From assembly GCA_043806035.1 (NCBI GenBank), contig JAZDHK010000016.1, positions 2,963-66,962 of the forward strand: 64,000 bases of DNA, written 5' to 3'. Shown piece by piece: positions 9,405 to 17,606 of this stretch. The translations under genes were made by a program, and so were the position numbers. The notes under the pieces were generated by a model. It saw only the letters and a list, made by a program, of their open reading frames with translations. It was not told the origin of the DNA and did not search any database. How positions within the stretch are numbered: position 1 is the stretch's first letter; each line of letters begins with the position of its first letter. The DNA comes from an archaeon. GTDB lineage: Archaea; Nanobdellota; Nanobdellia; Woesearchaeales; UBA9642.

Positions 9405-10133
9405 GTGTTAAAAGCAGACTTCCACTTGCACGCGAAAGAGGACACGCAGGATTGGATTGCATATACTGCCAAAGAACTGGTAGACCTGGCTGTCAACAAG
9501 GGCTTCTCGGTTTTGAGCTTTACCTTTCACGATGTCTGTTTCTACCCAAAAGAACTGGTCACGTATGCGAGAAAGAAAGGCATACTGCTTCTGCCCGGCA
9601 TTGAAAAAACCATCGAACACAAACACGTGTTGCTTATCAACTATCCCTTGCGGGACAAGAAAAAGATCGAGCAAATAGATAATTTCTCCACCTTACGAAA
9701 ATACCTGAATTCACTGAAATTGGTTGAAAGAGAGTCTCTGTTGACTGTTTTTGCCCATCCTCGATTTTGGTTCATAGGCATGAGCAAAAGCGTGTTCAGG
9801 AAGAACATAGACCTTGCAGACGCTTTAGAATACCAAAGTTTCAGACATGTCCTGTACGATTTCAACGAAGATATACTTCGACTTGCAAGCAAATACCACA
9901 AGAGAACGATAGGCAATACGGATGCACACCTGCTCAATCAATTTGGCCATACGTACACGAATATAGTTGCAAAAAAAGAAGCAAAAAGCATAATACAAGC
10001 GATAAAAAGGGGAAAATCCAACATAACGAGCAGGTCCTTGTCTACAATGATAGTGCTCGCACGCATATACCTCGACGTGAAGACCATTCTGCGGCAGACC
10101 TGCTTTCTGCTTGGCCTCAGAAAGACACTTTAA
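9405..10133 (+). CDS. PHP-superfamily metal-dependent phosphoesterase; possibly RNase P protein subunit Rpp30-like
   Basis: GTG start; N-terminal DFHLHAKED... and SFTFHD motifs typical of the PHP / RNase_P_p30 clan; 242 aa. Confidence 0.45.
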   Translation: MLKADFHLHAKEDTQDWIAYTAKELVDLAVNKGFSVLSFTFHDVCFYPKELVTYARKKGILLLPGIEKTIEHKHVLLINYPLRDKKKIEQIDNFSTLRKYLNSLKLVERESLLTVFAHPRFWFIGMSKSVFRKNIDLADALEYQSFRHVLYDFNEDILRLASKYHKRTIGNTDAHLLNQFGHTYTNIVAKKEAKSIIQAIKRGKSNITSRSLSTMIVLARIYLDVKTILRQTCFLLGLRKTL

Positions 10134-10176
10134 CTGCAGCACAATATTTAAAAAGCCTGCAAAGAGAAAGTGAGTT

Positions 10177-10749
10177 ATGATCAGGAAAGGCGATGAACGG
10201 GATATTCTTGTAACAAAATTCGAGATAGATGTCGATGACGTTTTCCACCTAAAGAACCTCTATAAAACTATCTACGAATGGACAAAAATAGAGGGATGGA
10301 AGGCAGCGGATGGCAACGGAGAACCAGAAATGCTCTATTGGGAACGCAGAACACAAGTGACTGAGCACCAGATTTGGTGGAGATTCATGATGAAGCCAGA
10401 CAATAATACCTACTTCACGTATTTTCTCAAGATAGACTACCAGACGCTGGCCATGGGAGGAACAGAAGTCCCTTACGATGGGAAGAAGATAAAGAGCAAT
10501 AAGGGAGAGGTTATATTGCGTGTACAGGCGTGGCTCCTTGTCGATCCCGATAACAAATGGGACGATGCCACATTTCTTAAACAGATTGAGCGCATATTCA
10601 GAAAGCGCATTTACAAACAACAGATTGAAGATTACAAGAAAAGATTGGAAATAATTACTGAACGGCTGCGAAACACGATAAAGACATACCTGCAACTGCA
10701 GATGCCATACACGCCACTCAAACCGTTCATGCCTGAACGCGGCGTATAA
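10177..10749 (+). CDS. hypothetical protein
   Basis: 190-aa ORF with coding-like composition, Trp-rich, no recognisable motif. Confidence 0.45.
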   Translation: MIRKGDERDILVTKFEIDVDDVFHLKNLYKTIYEWTKIEGWKAADGNGEPEMLYWERRTQVTEHQIWWRFMMKPDNNTYFTYFLKIDYQTLAMGGTEVPYDGKKIKSNKGEVILRVQAWLLVDPDNKWDDATFLKQIERIFRKRIYKQQIEDYKKRLEIITERLRNTIKTYLQLQMPYTPLKPFMPERGV

Positions 10750-10778
10750 TTTTTATACTGTTACTGATTCTTCAAGAT

Positions 10779-11600
10779 ATGGACGTCGTGCGTGAAGTGC
10801 TTGCCATACTGGGTGAACAGGCAGCAGATAAGCTTACGCCAGCACCAGAGATAGCATCACTCCCTGCTGCACGGCCACATCTTTCTTTTTTCATCGATGG
10901 CAGTCATGCAGAGATGGGAAAACTCACATTCGTACGGACGATAGCGTTTGCCTACAAGGGAAACATTCAAAAAAAGTTTAAGAGAGAATTTTATGTTATA
11001 GGACAGCAAAGCATTCCTGCACAAGATAGCTCTGGCAGAGAAGACGCTGGACTCATGCGCCGCCTTGCCGAGCTTCGACTTGCAGAAGACATAGCAAAAC
11101 AGCATGAAAACGCACTTATCGTTCTTGATGGAAGCCTCGACAGCCCTACTGTTGAAGAGCAAAACTCACTTTTGCGCCTTGAAAAGACATGCATATCTAG
11201 GAACAATACGCTCGCAGGCATATCAAAAACGTGTTCCTACACGTTACAAGGTAAGCTCGTCACGAATGTTGTTGAGCATTGCTGCAAAACAGGATATATT
11301 CCCTTTGGAGAGAGTTTCATCGTGAAACTGCACGAGAAGGCAACATACGCGTTCCGTCTGGATGTGAAGGGAGATTTCATGCAAGCACTACAGGCACTTC
11401 GCTACTATGCGAATGACCCGTCTTTTTTCGGCTATCCGTATCCGCTCATTCGCGCAGACGCACAAGCAAAAATTACGCAGAAAGAGATACAAGCAAAGAA
11501 GAGTCTCCTAGCAAGCAGGGCAGGAAAAGACTGGTCACGGATAAAAGGGCTGTTACAGGATGCGCACGTAATTATAGACAAAATAAACAAAAATGGTTAA
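10779..11600 (+). CDS. putative NurA-like nuclease domain protein
   Basis: Two DGS motifs (FFIDGSH, IVLDGSL) spaced as in the NurA 5'-3' nuclease / RNase H-like fold; 273 aa; no adjacent HerA. Confidence 0.35.
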   Translation: MDVVREVLAILGEQAADKLTPAPEIASLPAARPHLSFFIDGSHAEMGKLTFVRTIAFAYKGNIQKKFKREFYVIGQQSIPAQDSSGREDAGLMRRLAELRLAEDIAKQHENALIVLDGSLDSPTVEEQNSLLRLEKTCISRNNTLAGISKTCSYTLQGKLVTNVVEHCCKTGYIPFGESFIVKLHEKATYAFRLDVKGDFMQALQALRYYANDPSFFGYPYPLIRADAQAKITQKEIQAKKSLLASRAGKDWSRIKGLLQDAHVIIDKINKNG

Positions 11601-11805
11601 AAGAGACGTTCTATCAACCAATTTCTCAATATTTTATCAAAAAAGACTTTCTTTCAAAAAGAATGCGTTTTCTTCCCTGTTTATATCAAACATGCAACAA
11701 AAAACATAAGCAAATTCATCAGAAAACAAGGTTTCAGACGTTCTACTAACCATTTTCACTAGTTTAGAAAAAAAGATGAACTAGATTGACTGAAACACAT
11801 ATCCT

Positions 11806-12819
11806 TTGCCACCCACAACATTTTTAAATAATTCGAACTCTGAACTAAATATGCAGTATGATGTCATTTCCATTGGTAGTGCAACTGTCGATGTGTTCAT
11901 CAAAACCGCCATCTCGGACATCATAGATCCATCCGAAAAGAGGGGTGACGAATTGCTCTGCTATCCGTTGGGAGAAAAAATTCTCATAAATCATCTTGAA
12001 TTCCAGACGGGAGGGGGAGGAACCAATACATCAGTTGCTTTTGCTCGTCTAGGACTTAAAACTGCTTATCTTGGCCAGCTAGGTGAAGATGATAATGCAG
12101 ACCGTGTTTTGGCTGTGCTAAAGAGAGAAAAAGTGACCTTTCTAGGCAGCAAAAAGGGAAAGACGGGCTATTCTGTGATACTGGACAGCAAAGCAAAGGA
12201 CAGGACAATTCTCACTTATAAGGGGGCAAATGATGCATTCCGTTTCAAACCGCCAAAAGAAAAAACAACGTGGGCATACTGTGCGAGCATGACAGGAAAT
12301 AGCTTCAAGGAACTCGTCAAGGCAGCGACGTATTTCAAAAAAAAAGGGGCAAAAATTGCGTTCAATCCAAGTATGTACATTGCAAAAATGGGCAAAACTA
12401 TTTTGTCAAAATTGCTCAAGCAATGTGATGTTCTTATCCTCAATAGAGAAGAAGCAATGGCGCTGCTTGGGCAAGAAATGGACATTCCACGGGCAGTATG
12501 TGCTCTCAGAGCGCTTGGTCCAGGGATTGTGGGCATTACCGATGGCAATAGGGGTGCGTGGGCGGCAGATGCAAATAATGCATTTCATGTCAATCCATTG
12601 CCAGTAAACGTGTGTGAGACAACGGGTGCTGGAGATGCATTTGCAAGCAGTTTTGTTGCGGGTCTTTTCTATGGATTGTCTCTTCAAGATTGCATGCGGC
12701 TGGGCATGACTAATGCGGAAAGCGTCATAACTCACTATGGCGCAAAAAATAATCTGCTTACGAAGAAACTCGCTTTCGCTCAGCTAAAACGGGATGCACA
12801 CTCCTTTTCTAAAGTCTGA
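11806..12819 (+). CDS. PfkB-family carbohydrate/nucleoside kinase (ribokinase-like); true start probably the internal Met at about 11851 (MQYDVISIGS)
   Basis: N-terminal GG-type motif (YDVISIGSATVDVF); C-terminal anion hole/ATP motif ETTGAGDAFASSFVAGL diagnostic for the PfkB family. Confidence 0.8.
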   Translation: MPPTTFLNNSNSELNMQYDVISIGSATVDVFIKTAISDIIDPSEKRGDELLCYPLGEKILINHLEFQTGGGGTNTSVAFARLGLKTAYLGQLGEDDNADRVLAVLKREKVTFLGSKKGKTGYSVILDSKAKDRTILTYKGANDAFRFKPPKEKTTWAYCASMTGNSFKELVKAATYFKKKGAKIAFNPSMYIAKMGKTILSKLLKQCDVLILNREEAMALLGQEMDIPRAVCALRALGPGIVGITDGNRGAWAADANNAFHVNPLPVNVCETTGAGDAFASSFVAGLFYGLSLQDCMRLGMTNAESVITHYGAKNNLLTKKLAFAQLKRDAHSFSKV

Positions 12820-12975
12820 CTTAAAAAGATGTGTTGTGAAGATACAGGCAATAATAAAGAAAACAAACAACATAAACGGTTTGAAGAGGCTCTCTTTTAA
12901 CCAAATCTGTTATCTTTCACAAAACACATCAAATAAGGACAACCCACGTGAATAACAAGAAAAGGTAATCCCGTA

Positions 12976-12990
12976 CAAAGATTTAAAAAG
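12976..12990 (+). promoter_or_regulatory. TATA-like box (gatttaaaaag) about 25 nt upstream of the RNase P RNA 5' end
   Basis: AT-rich TATA-like element at the canonical archaeal distance from the predicted P1 helix start; coordinates approximate. Confidence 0.3.
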
Positions 12991-13010
12991 ATGCAATGAT
13001 TCTTCGAAAG

Positions 13011-13313
13011 AGATAGGCGGGGGGCTGATCATCGGGCAACTGAGGAAAGTCCACCCACGCGCCCGCAAGGGAGGTCACTCTTTGAGCTCCAGAAATGGAG
13101 GGCAACCGCGCAAGAAACGACACGGCCTTTGAAAGGGAATGACATGGCGAAGATCCCTGTAAGGGGATTGAGTTAACCCGTAGACGTCTTCAAGGGATGC
13201 GGTGAAACGGCGAGTCCTGACCTGTGCAACCATAATGGGCTAAGTTGAATATCAGCACAATCCCTTCACAAAAGTGAGGATTGACAGAAGGTGGCTTATA
13301 CCTCGCCTATCTT
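13011..13313 (+). ncRNA. rnpB: RNase P RNA (archaeal type)
   Basis: ORF-free region carrying a CR-I-like GAGGAAAGUCCACCCAC and a CR-V-like ACAGAAGGUGGCUUA whose variable positions co-vary to keep the P4 pairing (GUCCACC with GGUGGCU). A P1 helix joins the termini (GAUAGGCG ... CGCCUAUC) and is followed by a T-rich tract. Coordinates approximate (+/-3). Confidence 0.75.
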
Positions 13314-13405
13314 CTTTTTCAAAAAAAAGTTAAGCAGCCAAGAATATCTTAAAGAAACATTTTACTTTCACAACCTTTTTATACTTCCCCTCTTTCCGTA
13401 TAGTC

Positions 13406-13585
13406 ATGTCTAGAGATGATAAGATTAACATGCCCAGTTCTACTGCTGGCCTAACGCGGTTCTTTGACGATTATCGGAGCAAAATAAGCATCAAACCCGC
13501 TCACGTTATCATTCTTATCATCATCGTCATTGCCATTGAAATATTCCTACACATGCAAGGAAATGCCCTTCTCGGTCTAGGATAA
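13406..13585 (+). CDS. secG: Sec61-beta / SecG-type preprotein translocase subunit (59 aa, below ORF-track cutoff)
   Basis: MSRDDKINMPSSTAGLTRFFDDYRSKISIKPAHVIILIIIVIAIEIFLHMQGNALLGLG: conserved SxAGLxRFF(D/E)E motif plus a single C-terminal TM anchor, immediately upstream of nac. Confidence 0.7.
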   Translation: MSRDDKINMPSSTAGLTRFFDDYRSKISIKPAHVIILIIIVIAIEIFLHMQGNALLGLG

Positions 13586-13586
13586 G

Positions 13587-13922
13587 ATGATTCCCAACAT
13601 TAACAGCAGACAAATGCAGCAGGCCATGAAACGCATGGGGATCAAGCAAGATGATATTCCCGCGAAAAAGGTCATCATTCTTTTGGAGGACTCTCAAATC
13701 ATCATCAATCATCCAAACGTCGTCAAAGTGAATATGGCGGGGCAGGAGAGCTACCAAATAACAGGTAACGAGACTCTGCTTCCCTTAGACACCACTCCCG
13801 ACATCAATGAGGAGGATCTCAAAACAGTAATGGATGCAACGAACTGTTCACGCGAACAAGCCATGACTGCAATCCTCACTACGAAGGGAGACCTCGCACA
13901 GGCAATCCTCAACCTTAAGTGA
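13587..13922 (+). CDS. nac: nascent polypeptide-associated complex alpha subunit
   Basis: N-terminal NAC domain (MIPNINSRQMQQAMKRMGI...) and C-terminal UBA-like domain (EEDLKTVMDATNCSREQAMTAILTTKGDLAQAIL). Confidence 0.9.
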   Translation: MIPNINSRQMQQAMKRMGIKQDDIPAKKVIILLEDSQIIINHPNVVKVNMAGQESYQITGNETLLPLDTTPDINEEDLKTVMDATNCSREQAMTAILTTKGDLAQAILNLK

Positions 13923-13926
13923 TATC

Positions 13927-14406
13927 ATGGAGAAATTCCAGGAAGCCCTTTCCTTAGCAGCTAAAAAAGTACAAGTTGCAGACCATTTACTCAACCAGAC
14001 CTATCCCTTAATTAACGACCCAAAGCTCCTTTTGGGAATCATGGAAACGATGAATGATGCCGTGCAGTTGGCAATAACCGGAATTCTTGAACATGATCTG
14101 TTGTGGAAGAGGATAACACCGTACAATGCATCATCAAAAGCAATTACCTTCTGCCAAAAAATAATTCCCAAGTATGACTTGCCGAAACAGTATGCTGATC
14201 TCGTCCTTGACCTGCAAGAAACCATCAACGAGCACAAGAAGGCGAGTGTGGAATTCATACGCAGGAGTCAATTTGTCATTAGTGATGACACGTATACCCT
14301 CAGAACCTTGAGCGTTGACAAGACGAAAGCCTACTTGACGCAAGTCAAGCAGTTCGTAAGAGATATACAGACATTGGTAGAGAAGAATGATAGAATCACT
14401 CGATGA
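13927..14406 (+). CDS. hypothetical alpha-helical protein (paralog 1 of a tandem pair)
   Basis: 159 aa, all-helical composition; shares an N-terminal pattern with the downstream 161-aa gene. Confidence 0.45.
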   Translation: MEKFQEALSLAAKKVQVADHLLNQTYPLINDPKLLLGIMETMNDAVQLAITGILEHDLLWKRITPYNASSKAITFCQKIIPKYDLPKQYADLVLDLQETINEHKKASVEFIRRSQFVISDDTYTLRTLSVDKTKAYLTQVKQFVRDIQTLVEKNDRITR

Positions 14407-14872
14407 ATCTAAAGAAGAAATGAAACGCGTAGAACATTTAATCTATGTCAGTCTCAAGTACACGCGAACAGTCGACGTACTCGTCAACATCATCAACCGG
14501 ATGATGGATGCATATGATTTCCTCATTCAAGCACTGCTCAAGTATGCACTGAGCAGGAAGATGATTACCTCTTTGCCAGAAACTCCCATCGAACGCGAAC
14601 AGCTTGCAAAAGACATGTTCACCGATGATATAGTGCTGAAGAATATAGATCTTATCAACATGTACAGGAAGATACTCAAAAGCCCGCTACAGCGCATCAA
14701 CGAATATAGAAGACATGTGACGCTAATCGCAAAAATGGATGGAAAAGAAGAACGCATTGACATAGACAACATTTCTGCATATCACGAACTGCAAAAGGAA
14801 TTTGTAGAATATGTTGAACGACTCATCAGAGGCCCAAAAGACGAGTTCATGCTAAGAAAACTGCATAGGTAA
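14387..14872 (+). CDS. hypothetical alpha-helical protein (paralog 2 of a tandem pair)
   Basis: Overlaps the upstream gene by 20 nt; similar size and helix pattern (EHLIYVSLKYTRTVDVLVNIINRMMDAYDFLIQALL resembles ADHLLNQTYPLINDPKLLLGIMETMNDAVQLAITGIL). Confidence 0.45.
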   Translation: MIESLDESKEEMKRVEHLIYVSLKYTRTVDVLVNIINRMMDAYDFLIQALLKYALSRKMITSLPETPIEREQLAKDMFTDDIVLKNIDLINMYRKILKSPLQRINEYRRHVTLIAKMDGKEERIDIDNISAYHELQKEFVEYVERLIRGPKDEFMLRKLHR

Positions 14873-14874
14873 CC

Positions 14875-15897
14875 ATGGAAGCTGTTCTCATCACACATCC
14901 TGGTCTCGAGGAAGAGGCGGTACACGAGCTCAAAAACAAGTCCATACTCGCCACACCTCTTTCTGGAGGTAGAGTCGAGTTCTCTGGCAACTGCGAAGAA
15001 ATCATTGCTGCATGCCATGCGCGACTTGCACGAACGGTTCTTTTGTACTTGCACAAAGCAACAATAACAACGACAACAGAAGAGGCCATACAAGAATTCT
15101 GCAATGCTATGCCCACTATCAACGTTGAACAACCATTCAAGGTAGCATGTGAGCGTCATGGCAATCATCTCTTCACGAGCGCTGAAGTAGAAAAAGTGGT
15201 GGGAAATGGCATTGTAGGCAAGGTGGACCTCACTGAACCTACAACGATAGTGTGTGTGTATATTTGGCAGGATGAGTGGTTGTTAGGCATCGATTTGTGT
15301 GGCAAAGACCTTTCCAAACGCACGTACAAGATCATGCATAACCAACAAAGCATTAAAGGTAGCATCGCCTACGGGTTGTTGAGCCTTGCAGGATACCTGC
15401 CCGGAATGACTGTGCTTGAACTGCTTACAAATGATGGCTGTATCGCCATCGAGGCTGCCCTCCCTACACGTAATGAACGTCTTGCATATGCTCGGCTTAC
15501 ACCGTTCAAAGATGTCATTTTCCATGAAACGCGTCCCATGCTCGGAAAGATTTATTGTTTGGGCACTGATTTTCGTTGGGTTTCTCGTGCAAAAAAACAT
15601 GCAAAAATTGCAGGTGTGGAAAAAGATATTCAGTTCTCACGTATGCCGTTGCTGGATACCGATCTTAAAATAGAAAAGAACAGCGTGCAGCTCATTGCAT
15701 GCGGAATCATCACACGCGACCAAGAAGACGAACTGTTTCATCAGGCAGACCTTGCTCTGACAAAGAAAGGGAAACTCGTCTTCCTCGCACGTCATGCGCC
15801 AAAGACAAACTTTTTGAAGCAGGAGTGTACAAGAGTCATTCAGACAGAAAAATCAAGCATAACAGCATACGTGTGGGGGAGAGAACATGACGTGTGA
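14875..15897 (+). CDS. THUMP-domain protein, putative RNA methyltransferase with a degenerate SAM motif
   Basis: N-terminus MEAVLITHPGLEEEAVHEL typical of THUMP-containing Trm14/TrmN-like enzymes; the expected motif I (DPxCGSGT) appears as ELLTNDGCIAIEAAL. Confidence 0.5.
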   Translation: MEAVLITHPGLEEEAVHELKNKSILATPLSGGRVEFSGNCEEIIAACHARLARTVLLYLHKATITTTTEEAIQEFCNAMPTINVEQPFKVACERHGNHLFTSAEVEKVVGNGIVGKVDLTEPTTIVCVYIWQDEWLLGIDLCGKDLSKRTYKIMHNQQSIKGSIAYGLLSLAGYLPGMTVLELLTNDGCIAIEAALPTRNERLAYARLTPFKDVIFHETRPMLGKIYCLGTDFRWVSRAKKHAKIAGVEKDIQFSRMPLLDTDLKIEKNSVQLIACGIITRDQEDELFHQADLALTKKGKLVFLARHAPKTNFLKQECTRVIQTEKSSITAYVWGREHDV

Positions 15898-16336
15898 AAT
15901 GTGCGGCAACAAACCTGCCTCGTATCAGGTTGAAGTCGAAGGCACAAGTATGCTTCTTTGTGAGCAATGTGCTACATTCGGAAAAGTAGTAGGCAAGTTG
16001 GTAAAATACAGTCCTGAGAAAAAACAGAAAAGGACAGTACCTACAGAAACTGCTCGTGAGGAAAGAGTACAAGTAATCATTGCACGTGCGGGAAGAGCCA
16101 TTAAAGAGAAACGTGAGCAGCTCGGATTGAAGCAGGAAGAGCTTGCAAAACGGTTAAACGAAAAGGAATCTCTCCTTCATCAGATCGAGTCCAGCAAATT
16201 CATACCGAGCATAGCGCTTGCGAGAAAGTTTGAAAAGGCGTTAGGACTTGTTCTCGTCGAAGAGCACACAGAGAAACACGATCAGGTTATACGTGCAAAG
16301 GATGAGACGCTAACTATTGGCGATTTGATGAAATAA
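15887..16336 (+). CDS. mbf1: multiprotein bridging factor 1 (Zn-ribbon plus HTH XRE)
   Basis: N-terminal CxxC...CxxC (MTCEMCGNK...CEQCATFG) followed by a Cro/C1-type HTH (IKEKREQLGLKQEELAKRLNEKESLLHQIESSKFIPSIALARKFEKALGL). Confidence 0.85.
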   Translation: MTCEMCGNKPASYQVEVEGTSMLLCEQCATFGKVVGKLVKYSPEKKQKRTVPTETAREERVQVIIARAGRAIKEKREQLGLKQEELAKRLNEKESLLHQIESSKFIPSIALARKFEKALGLVLVEEHTEKHDQVIRAKDETLTIGDLMK

Positions 16337-17606
16337 ATGTATTTGCTGCTGCAGCATCAAATTTCCAAACAGTTATCCCTTGTACATCGTAAATGTTCGT
16401 GTAGATGCCTCCGTATTGGAGAATGAAAAAAATGCCTGTTTTTTGGGCTATATTGAGTTTTTGATTCATTTCCGGGTCGAAAAGCAGGTGCGTTGCACCG
16501 AGCGCAGTCATGTATTCTATGGTCTCAGCTATGCTTCGTGAGGAATACAATTCAGTAGTTATCTGCAATGTGCGTGTGTCCTCTAAAAACACCTGAGGCG
16601 AGGGCGTGGCTTGCCGCTGAGCAAAATAGAGGACATAATCGTAATATGCCGGTGCTGAAAGGATGATGCTGTCGTTGGGTGTTTGCCGCAAATACATGAG
16701 ACCTTGCACTAATGCGGGAGTTGGTTGCTGTTTGACAAGGATGTTCGTATATGCTGCAAGGGAAAAAAACATGCTACAAAAGACGAGGAGTATAGTCACA
16801 TCTTTCAATAATTTCAAGGACCATTTACGATTGTACAAAAACCACGCGCCTTTTCCAGCGAGCAGACCGACTGCTAAAGCAACGACGGGCAGAAGCGGTG
16901 GGCAAAAATAGGAAAGAACAAACAAGACGAGCAATGTCGTGCTGCGTACAATATGGGCTACCGTGTTCTTCCAGAGCACATAAAATCCAATACAGGCAAG
17001 CAACAATAGCGGAAGAGAATATCCTGCACTTCCAAACTCCGACATGAATGAGCTGAGTGCAGACTCGGGAAGCATAAAAGAAAATGCGTGTTTGCCAAAA
17101 AGAACCAATGCAGCGCCACTACCCGCTGCCGCTCCCACAAGAGGCAAGTACCCATTTTTTGGCACATACACGAGGAAAAGCACGGCTGCGGCCACTGCCG
17201 TATACGGATGGAGTGCTGCTGCAATACAGAAGAATCCTGCTTGAACATAGATGTTTTTGATGAGCAGCGCTAACAAAATAATATCTAGCGCTAACAGAGC
17301 AACGCTGAATGATGTGAACGTGCCGAAGAAGAATGGGCTTAAAATGATGATGAGCGTAGTGATGAACCATTGTGATATTTGCAAATGTTGTTCCAGTAGC
17401 TTTATCAGCAGCAGTACGGCAACGATGCCGAGGACTATGGCGAGCCCATACATAACGAAGGGAGGCGTGTGAAAAAAGACAGCAGAAGCGTAGTTGGAAC
17501 TGCCATAGATGTATGGATTATTCCAAGAAAAACGCAAAAGTTGTGGGAGAAGCAAGGCACAGAGAGCAAGCAAGATGAGCAGTAGTTTTTTCATGATACA
17601 CCACAC
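16314..17606 (-). CDS. polytopic membrane protein, GT-C-like glycosyltransferase candidate
   Basis: At least 10 TM helices with a large C-terminal extracytoplasmic domain; overlaps the upstream paralogous-architecture gene (operon). Confidence 0.4.
   Translation of the reverse strand: MWCIMKKLLLILLALCALLLPQLLRFSWNNPYIYGSSNYASAVFFHTPPFVMYGLAIVLGIVAVLLLIKLLEQHLQISQWFITTLIIILSPFFFGTFTSFSVALLALDIILLALLIKNIYVQAGFFCIAAALHPYTAVAAAVLFLVYVPKNGYLPLVGAAAGSGAALVLFGKHAFSFMLPESALSSFMSEFGSAGYSLPLLLLACIGFYVLWKNTVAHIVRSTTLLVLFVLSYFCPPLLPVVALAVGLLAGKGAWFLYNRKWSLKLLKDVTILLVFCSMFFSLAAYTNILVKQQPTPALVQGLMYLRQTPNDSIILSAPAYYDYVLYFAQRQATPSPQVFLEDTRTLQITTELYSSRSIAETIEYMTALGATHLLFDPEMNQKLNIAQKTGIFFILQYGGIYTNIYDVQGITVWKFDAAAANTFISSNRQ

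Noticed and set aside
11601-11805. 205-nt AT-rich gap upstream of the PfkB kinase gene, checked for tRNA or small RNA
   Set aside because: No cloverleaf-compatible stems or conserved tRNA boxes; reads as promoter/UTR sequence.
12820-13010. AT-rich 190-nt stretch upstream of RNase P RNA, checked for a tRNA or mobile-element end
   Set aside because: No terminal inverted repeats or tRNA-like structure; most simply the RNase P RNA promoter region.
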